IMG/VR virus record: IMGVR_UViG_3300019373_000007
Coordinates: 32,001 to 96,000 of that record
Reading direction: 5' to 3' (one strand)
Origin: a virus
Taxonomy: Duplodnaviria; Caudoviricetes
Length of the DNA stretch: 64,000 nt
Every line of letters starts with the position of its first letter. Position 1 is the first letter of the stretch. The notes beneath the pieces were generated by a model that was not told where the DNA came from, searched no databases, and was given only the letters and a program-made list of their open reading frames with translations. Both the position numbers and the translations under genes were made by a program. This document shows, in pieces, positions 58,714 through 64,000 of the stretch.

Positions 58714-59079
58714 ATGAAACGAGTAATCAATCGAGAAGCAGCTAAGAAAACTAAGCAAGTAAACAAGGAACTAGCTATTGACATGCTAAAGAGCCTTAGC
58801 GACAGTAAGCGAGCTGCTCTTAGCAAGGCATTGGATAGGACATCTGCTCTTACTAGCACTTACGCATTTCCGTTCGGAACATTACGCATCTACAAAGAGG
58901 GATGGTACTTGACGTGCGAAGGGACCCGGTCTGATTTCAGCGTGTGGTTTGCTGACAATGACGGTGAGCTAGTAGAGGGGCGGAAGCCAAGTGAAAGTAA
59001 ACTTTCATTTCTCTACGAAGAGAGCTTAACTTTCAATGATTTGGGAGAGGACTTCTGGCATTCTATCTCAGGCGAATAG
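58714..59079 (+). CDS. MKR-leader protein
   Basis: MKRVINREAA. Confidence 0.75.
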   Translation: MKRVINREAAKKTKQVNKELAIDMLKSLSDSKRAALSKALDRTSALTSTYAFPFGTLRIYKEGWYLTCEGTRSDFSVWFADNDGELVEGRKPSESKLSFLYEESLTFNDLGEDFWHSISGE

Positions 59080-59086
59080 TGATCCG

Positions 59087-59114
59087 TAGGCGAGACTTAG
59101 TTCTCGCCTATTTC
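59087..59114 (+). terminator. intrinsic terminator closing the MKR array
   Basis: TAGGCGAGA-loop-TCTCGCCTA followed by TTT. Confidence 0.65.
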
Positions 59115-59157
59115 TATGTACGAATCGTTAAGTTGATACAATAGGAGGGAAGTAAAG

Positions 59158-59616
59158 ATGACAACTATATTCACAACACAGTTACTTTCGGATTACTACT
59201 CAGGTAAGATGAGCAAGTACCGAATCGGTACAGATAAGACTAGAGTCTATATTCTAGTTGGAACCGACTTAGTAGTTGTAGTTCCGAAGAAAGACTTCAT
59301 CTTCGATGCACGGAAGCTGTTCAAAGGATGTGGAAGGATTCCAGACACAGGAATCCAGACGTTGAAGGACTGGGCTAAGTCATCACACGAGTTGAGATAT
59401 AGTCACAGCTATCATAGCTTCACGGACTCGAAGCACGGGGGCGTTGATATTTATGCTACACCAGAAGGTGTGTCTTTCAATGTTCTTAGATATTCTCTAA
59501 TTACGTTGACAGCTCATCCTTATTCTGTTAAGGCAGCTGCACATCATGGTCCTATAGTAGTATTTGACAAAGACTCTGGATTAGCTGGGTTCATTGCCTA
59601 TCCGGTCAGGTTATAA
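59158..59616 (+). CDS. hypothetical protein
   Basis: ORF with AATCGTTA motif and RBS. Confidence 0.7.
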   Translation: MTTIFTTQLLSDYYSGKMSKYRIGTDKTRVYILVGTDLVVVVPKKDFIFDARKLFKGCGRIPDTGIQTLKDWAKSSHELRYSHSYHSFTDSKHGGVDIYATPEGVSFNVLRYSLITLTAHPYSVKAAAHHGPIVVFDKDSGLAGFIAYPVRL

Positions 59617-59626
59617 GGAGAACAGT

Positions 59627-60019
59627 ATGCATAATACAACGTACGCAGACACTACTGGCGATGTAAAGCTAGTCATTGACGGCGACAAGCTAGTCGTTAA
59701 CATGTATGTCGGTGATTATGAGTGCAGTCTTGTGGTACTCACTAAAAAGATATTTCAGAAGATGTTGAAGGAATGGGGCAGTACTGAAGTACTAAATGAT
59801 GTTAGCACAGCTAACAGCACAGAGAGGAAGATGCCAGAAGGAGAATTCAACTTCATCTTAGATAAGGTCATGAATCGTCTATGTGATAACCCAGGCCCCT
59901 GCGAGATTTGTCGCAACAGGAACAACGGACACTGCAGCAGGCAGTATGGATTAGACGATATCATCTCAGAGATTAGATACCAAGGGGAGTGTTACTATCA
60001 TGGAGGTCCGAAAGAATGA
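59627..60019 (+). CDS. hypothetical protein
   Basis: AAGGAG RBS before ATG 59627. Confidence 0.6.
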   Translation: MHNTTYADTTGDVKLVIDGDKLVVNMYVGDYECSLVVLTKKIFQKMLKEWGSTEVLNDVSTANSTERKMPEGEFNFILDKVMNRLCDNPGPCEICRNRNNGHCSRQYGLDDIISEIRYQGECYYHGGPKE

Positions 60020-60222
60020 TCTATAAACGAGTAGGCTCAGGGATATTTCCTGTAGTCGTAGATCTAGAAGAGCGCAAGCGACGTGCAGCAGAAGTGCTTC
60101 AGATGCACGCCAACGAAGGCCAGATGCCGGTGTTTCTTACATGCCTTGAGGCTGAGGTGCTGGAGGAAGCACTCGACCTTTATCTTGCAAAGCACGCTGA
60201 AGGAGGACAAAATAATGGATGA
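60016..60222 (+). CDS. hypothetical protein
   Basis: GGAGG RBS, ATGA coupling. Confidence 0.6.
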   Translation: MIYKRVGSGIFPVVVDLEERKRRAAEVLQMHANEGQMPVFLTCLEAEVLEEALDLYLAKHAEGGQNNG

Positions 60223-60499
60223 TGCCCATTTACTAATCAACGGAATGAGATACTGCGAGGCACATAGAAGTTGGGGTGGGAGCTGCTCCGGCTGTCCGCT
60301 TGAAGATGAAATGTGCATCAGCCGCAGTGGTCAGTTGCGTTTCGTTGACGAGAAGCCGAAAAACGAACATGTTGCAGCAATCAACTTCGCTCACTTCGTA
60401 GACCAATTCAAGAACATGGTGAATCAAATCAATTCATGGGCTACGTCTGAGGGATTGATTCCACCAAATCTACCTACAGGAGGTTCAAACGTATCATGA
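60215..60499 (+). CDS. hypothetical Cys-containing protein
   Basis: AGGAGG RBS; C..CPL..C. Confidence 0.6.
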   Translation: MDDAHLLINGMRYCEAHRSWGGSCSGCPLEDEMCISRSGQLRFVDEKPKNEHVAAINFAHFVDQFKNMVNQINSWATSEGLIPPNLPTGGSNVS

Positions 60500-60876
60500 G
60501 TATGACAATGTTAGGCAGCAGACAACATAAGCAAGATGAACCATTCTACTTATATACAGTAGATAGAGACACATTCAGGATTCATGCGCGTAGAATTGAT
60601 TACTATACACGAGTTGGCGCAGGTTCTTACATGTGGAAAGATAACAGCCGATGGAGATACATCTATGAGTTAAAGATAGATACTCTGTCAGGCAATACTA
60701 TGTATTCACGTAATGGTGATGTAGCAGAGATGAGTAAGGTCATCTTGCAAGCATACATCGAAAGAGAACAAGCTGCATCTACTAAACTAGAGAAATGCAA
60801 GCGTGACCTCGCACGTCTGTATCAAGCTAATCCTTACTTAGCAAACAGCAGAGACGCAAGTGTTGAGTGGGACTAG
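60496..60876 (+). CDS. hypothetical protein
   Basis: ORF track. Confidence 0.65.
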   Translation: MSMTMLGSRQHKQDEPFYLYTVDRDTFRIHARRIDYYTRVGAGSYMWKDNSRWRYIYELKIDTLSGNTMYSRNGDVAEMSKVILQAYIEREQAASTKLEKCKRDLARLYQANPYLANSRDASVEWD

Positions 60877-60896
60877 ACGCACATAGGAGGAAGATA

Positions 60897-61215
60897 ATGA
60901 ACAGCAAGAAAATCAGAATCAATTGCGGTCCTGCAGGAGGCGATGCATGCTCTCCTTACTACATCACATTCCCAGATGGCATGACTGCTAGAGAATTCAT
61001 CATGGAGCAGCTAAGCGACGAAAGGGAATGGGGGATACTTCACCATTAAGCCAGAAGAAGACGAAGGATGGGACTGGTTGACACTTGAATACCGATACGG
61101 AAAGGTAATCCACGAAAATCCGAAACCACTCCCTGAGGTTATCTTAGATAGACCTATCAAGAAAGCATCAGGTAGTGGCGGATGGAGTCGATCTGACTTC
61201 ATTCTTGTTGTATAA
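60897..61215 (+). pseudogene. hypothetical phage gene frameshifted in a G5 run near 61030
   Basis: GGDACSPY...EWG continues as YFTI...EYRYG...SGGWSRSDF in another frame. Confidence 0.65.
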
Positions 61216-61236
61216 TAACTAGGAGGAAAACTAAGT

Positions 61237-61635
61237 ATGAAGTATTACTGTTTAGAAATAGCCATGCCCGACGACATGGATCCATCCAACGTGACTGTGA
61301 GCTATCCTATGGACGGAACGACAGTCACAGCATCACTTTCAGATCAAGCTATCGTAGACATAGCCGATGATTTAGGATTCTCAATGTCCATTGAAGAATT
61401 ACCACAGGATGCTGTAGCTATTCTCAAATATGACCCTTACATGGATTATGAGGACATGGAATCTATCCACCGATATGTTGAATCTGCGCTACAGAGAACA
61501 ACGCTTGGATTTGTAGGAGACATAGATCTACTCATTGAAAACGCACCGGAAGCTATCGATATGTTAGAGAAGATGATCGCAAAGATCAAGATTAAACAGG
61601 GAACACCAAACACATCTAAAATAATTCTTTCATAA
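61237..61635 (+). CDS. hypothetical protein
   Basis: ORF with RBS. Confidence 0.7.
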   Translation: MKYYCLEIAMPDDMDPSNVTVSYPMDGTTVTASLSDQAIVDIADDLGFSMSIEELPQDAVAILKYDPYMDYEDMESIHRYVESALQRTTLGFVGDIDLLIENAPEAIDMLEKMIAKIKIKQGTPNTSKIILS

Positions 61636-61737
61636 TCATCACAAATTTAACTGTTCCTTGTAAATTTCACCTTTAATAACTATGTAGTGAAGTAGAAATC
61701 ACTCAGATGCGTGTCAATACGCACAGGTACTTGAGAC

Positions 61738-62070
61738 ATGAAGAAAAAAGAGACCCTAAGCCTAACCGAATCATCTGACTTTCAATACTTACTAGAACTG
61801 ATGATGCCCTTGAATGAAACGCCGGAATTCGCGTGGCTACCTGAGCTATTTGCAGTAGTTGGACACGAGAGTTTGATCAAGTTGTGTAGAGTATGCGGCG
61901 GTGAGACAATCAAGATACCGACACTAAACCAGCTTTCCGCATCCATCGAAGCACTTGAGTGGTTCTACGTCATCTACATTACGAAGAAGAAAAGATTCAA
62001 GAGTGTTCCCGATGAATTGAAACCATTGGTATTGAAGATCAAGGAGATCATTGATGCTGGAAACAATTAA
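61738..62070 (+). CDS. Mor/C-like transcription regulator domain protein
   Basis: LFAVVGHESLIKLCRVCGGETIKIP resembles the Mor dimerisation segment. Confidence 0.5.
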   Translation: MKKKETLSLTESSDFQYLLELMMPLNETPEFAWLPELFAVVGHESLIKLCRVCGGETIKIPTLNQLSASIEALEWFYVIYITKKKRFKSVPDELKPLVLKIKEIIDAGNN

Positions 62071-62248
62071 GGAGCTAATCAAAGAAGCAGAGAATCTAGA
62101 CTTCGGTGAGTACTATCTAGATTACGTGTTATCTGTTCAAGAATCCGCATTAGACGCAGATGTTGAGGAGGCAAGACGTAAGCTAGTGAGTATCTCACAG
62201 ATCAACGAGATGGAAAAGAATATCAACGGGATGATTGATTCCCTTTAA
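62051..62248 (+). CDS. hypothetical protein
   Basis: ORF track. Confidence 0.55.
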   Translation: MMLETIKELIKEAENLDFGEYYLDYVLSVQESALDADVEEARRKLVSISQINEMEKNINGMIDSL

Positions 62249-62260
62249 GGAGCAAGCATC

Positions 62261-62704
62261 ATGTTCAATAGAGATGTAACCTATACAGCGATGGACATAC
62301 AGAAAGCGTATAACAAGATGTATTCAGAATTCCGCAACTACTTGTGGGATATGGATACAATCGTTATGTTAGGCGACATCGAGCTAGAAGCATACAACTT
62401 GTTCATCGACTTAGATAAGTTGAAGAGCTTACTAGAGAGAATGAAGTCACAGATCAGCGGGGCGAAAGCTAAACCTGATGATTTCGAGGATCTCTTAGAG
62501 AAGATAGAAGAGTTCATCGAAGTAGTTGACAAGATGAATGAACAGGGCAATCAGTCGATTCCGATCTTTAACTTAGTCGCAGATCCAGACAAGGGACAGG
62601 AGGATACCGAAGATGAGAATAAAGAAGAAGAACGTGACCGCGTCCGCAGAGTTACAAGAGACTCCGATGGAGGAGCTGAGAGTAACAGACCAGCAGAAGT
62701 ATAG
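62261..62704 (+). CDS. hypothetical protein
   Basis: ORF track. Confidence 0.65.
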   Translation: MFNRDVTYTAMDIQKAYNKMYSEFRNYLWDMDTIVMLGDIELEAYNLFIDLDKLKSLLERMKSQISGAKAKPDDFEDLLEKIEEFIEVVDKMNEQGNQSIPIFNLVADPDKGQEDTEDENKEEERDRVRRVTRDSDGGAESNRPAEV

Positions 62705-62849
62705 TGCTATCATCGATAGCATCAAGGGTGTTATCGCAGCTCTCGCAGATATAGCTGGTGATGATCCAGTAGCAAGAGATTCACTTGCAAACCTGAGTGC
62801 TGTTGCACTTGAGCTACAAACTGCACAGGAAGGTACACAGTTATGCTAA
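62613..62849 (+). CDS. hypothetical protein with basic leader ending VTAS
   Basis: MRIKKKNVTASA; AGGAGG RBS. Confidence 0.6.
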   Translation: MRIKKKNVTASAELQETPMEELRVTDQQKYSAIIDSIKGVIAALADIAGDDPVARDSLANLSAVALELQTAQEGTQLC

Positions 62850-63142
62850 AGATCAAAGAAACAGAAGTAGAGAACTTTCTCGATATATTCGATACACATC
62901 TGAATGAGATTGAGGACAAGGAAGAAAGAGTAGAGCTGAAGCTGTTCCACAACGGAATAGTAGCACTTAAGATGGGTGATAAATTCAGCATCTCAGCTGA
63001 CCTCGGTCTTGAAAGCACAAAGGATCCAGACGACCCTGCATTTGACCTGTACTGCCAGTTAGCTAACACATTCATGGATGGTGGAATCGGAGACACAGTA
63101 GATATGCTGGTGGGCTTGAATGCAGAAGCACACATGAGCTAA
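62843..63142 (+). CDS. hypothetical protein
   Basis: ORF track. Confidence 0.65.
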   Translation: MLKIKETEVENFLDIFDTHLNEIEDKEERVELKLFHNGIVALKMGDKFSISADLGLESTKDPDDPAFDLYCQLANTFMDGGIGDTVDMLVGLNAEAHMS

Positions 63143-63152
63143 TCAAAAACAT

Positions 63153-63392
63153 ATGATAACAGATAGTGATTATAGATTAACAAAACGACAATCTAGTAAT
63201 TATCAGAAACTGCTCGGAACCATGAGAAGATTCACACATGCAACAATAGAAGTAGTAAACCCGATAGTCACATGGACACGAATCAACAATTCCGTAGCGA
63301 TTCGATTCAAAGACGGACATTGTTTGATCGTATCGCTAGATAACATCAAAGATTGTCACAAGAAGATGGAATCATTAGCCTGCAAACCATGA
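63153..63392 (+). CDS. hypothetical protein
   Basis: ORF track. Confidence 0.5.
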   Translation: MITDSDYRLTKRQSSNYQKLLGTMRRFTHATIEVVNPIVTWTRINNSVAIRFKDGHCLIVSLDNIKDCHKKMESLACKP

Positions 63393-63483
63393 TGGTTCTT
63401 CTTGCCATATGTATATACAACACAATATATGAGGATAGAGAATTTCGGTTCCCTATCCTTATATATTTTTGTAACGACAAACT

Positions 63484-64000
63484 GTGTCGAAAGGTAGAAT
63501 AGGCAAGGCAAAAAATACGGAAACAGAAATACTACAACAAGCGCAAGCATACAGTAGGACAAGTGATCAGTCACTTAAGTCCATTGATGCACATGTGCAG
63601 ACATTAGATAGCAACTTAGCAGAGTTGACTGATTTCCTGAAATCATCACAGTCAGCTGTAAACGGAGGAATGGCTCCGGGACAATCTGCTGCAAGACGAG
63701 CCTCAACAGACCCTGCAAACAAGTGGCAAATCAATAGAGACGATTCATCTCCATTCGGCAATGATCCATTCAGCGGAAGCAGAAGACGAAGCAACGTTCG
63801 GTCAGGAAGATGGTTCGATGATTTCACCGATAAAGTAGAGCAAGAATTCTGGCGTGGATTAGGTGCAGCTGATATATCTCGCAACATTGCGAAGTCACTT
63901 GCACAGATGTCCCAGAAGACCGGCAAGAGCTTAGATGAGATGTTCGATACAGCTGCAAGAGATTTCGGAAGGTCACTTGCAGACGCTGCTAAGAAAGATC
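63484..64000 (+). CDS. 5-prime part of a long ORF running off the window (possibly tape-measure-like)
   Basis: frame open after TAA 63472 to the window end (KAKNTETEILQQAQ...); start codon uncertain (GTG 63484 or ATA 63499). Confidence 0.45.
   Translation, partial: MSKGRIGKAKNTETEILQQAQAYSRTSDQSLKSIDAHVQTLDSNLAELTDFLKSSQSAVNGGMAPGQSAARRASTDPANKWQINRDDSSPFGNDPFSGSRRRSNVRSGRWFDDFTDKVEQEFWRGLGAADISRNIAKSLAQMSQKTGKSLDEMFDTAARDFGRSLADAAKKD

Noticed and set aside
624-63926. Numerous minus-strand ORFs
   Set aside because: Antisense shadows of plus-strand genes with no RBS or motifs; only 8626..9432 is supported
1-64000. Bacterial chromosomal origin of the dnaX/recA/que genes
   Set aside because: Divergent compact versions, homing endonucleases, dense small ORFs and phage-specific promoter motifs indicate a phage genome

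Overview
This is a 64 kb segment of a large tailed phage, probably infecting a Bacillota host (GGAGG RBSs, B. subtilis-type QueF, sigmaA promoters). Almost all genes are on the + strand. In order it contains: small accessory ORFs; a divergent sigma-like gene beside a palindrome-rich candidate replication origin; a helicase loader, DnaB and NUDIX; a degenerate tRNA cluster with a frameshifted PD-(D/E)XK endonuclease; and a complete 7-deazaguanine (preQ1) gene set (queF, queC, queD, queE, folE, yhhQ, and a distant DpdA/TGT-like gene) with preQ1-I-like riboswitches and extra deaminase and PRT genes. These are followed by an IS605-family tnpB element, an amidase, and a replication module: SSB, PolA split by a mini-intein and a group I intron, beta clamp, DnaX with an intein, RecA, resolvase, delta and delta-prime. 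The window ends with a long array of small acidic proteins. Four observations stand out. (1) About 20 otherwise unrelated proteins share an N-terminal MKRVIKAS/MKRYIRSS leader, a candidate capsid-targeting or cleavage signal for injected cargo that includes toxin-like domains. (2) Two sigmaA-driven RNA leaders with the same switch architecture sit in front of toxin-like members of that family. (3) The DnaX intein carries its endonuclease in a different, fully overlapping reading frame. (4) The phage carries tandem preQ1-like riboswitches. All product calls come from motif recognition by eye; no database searches were run.
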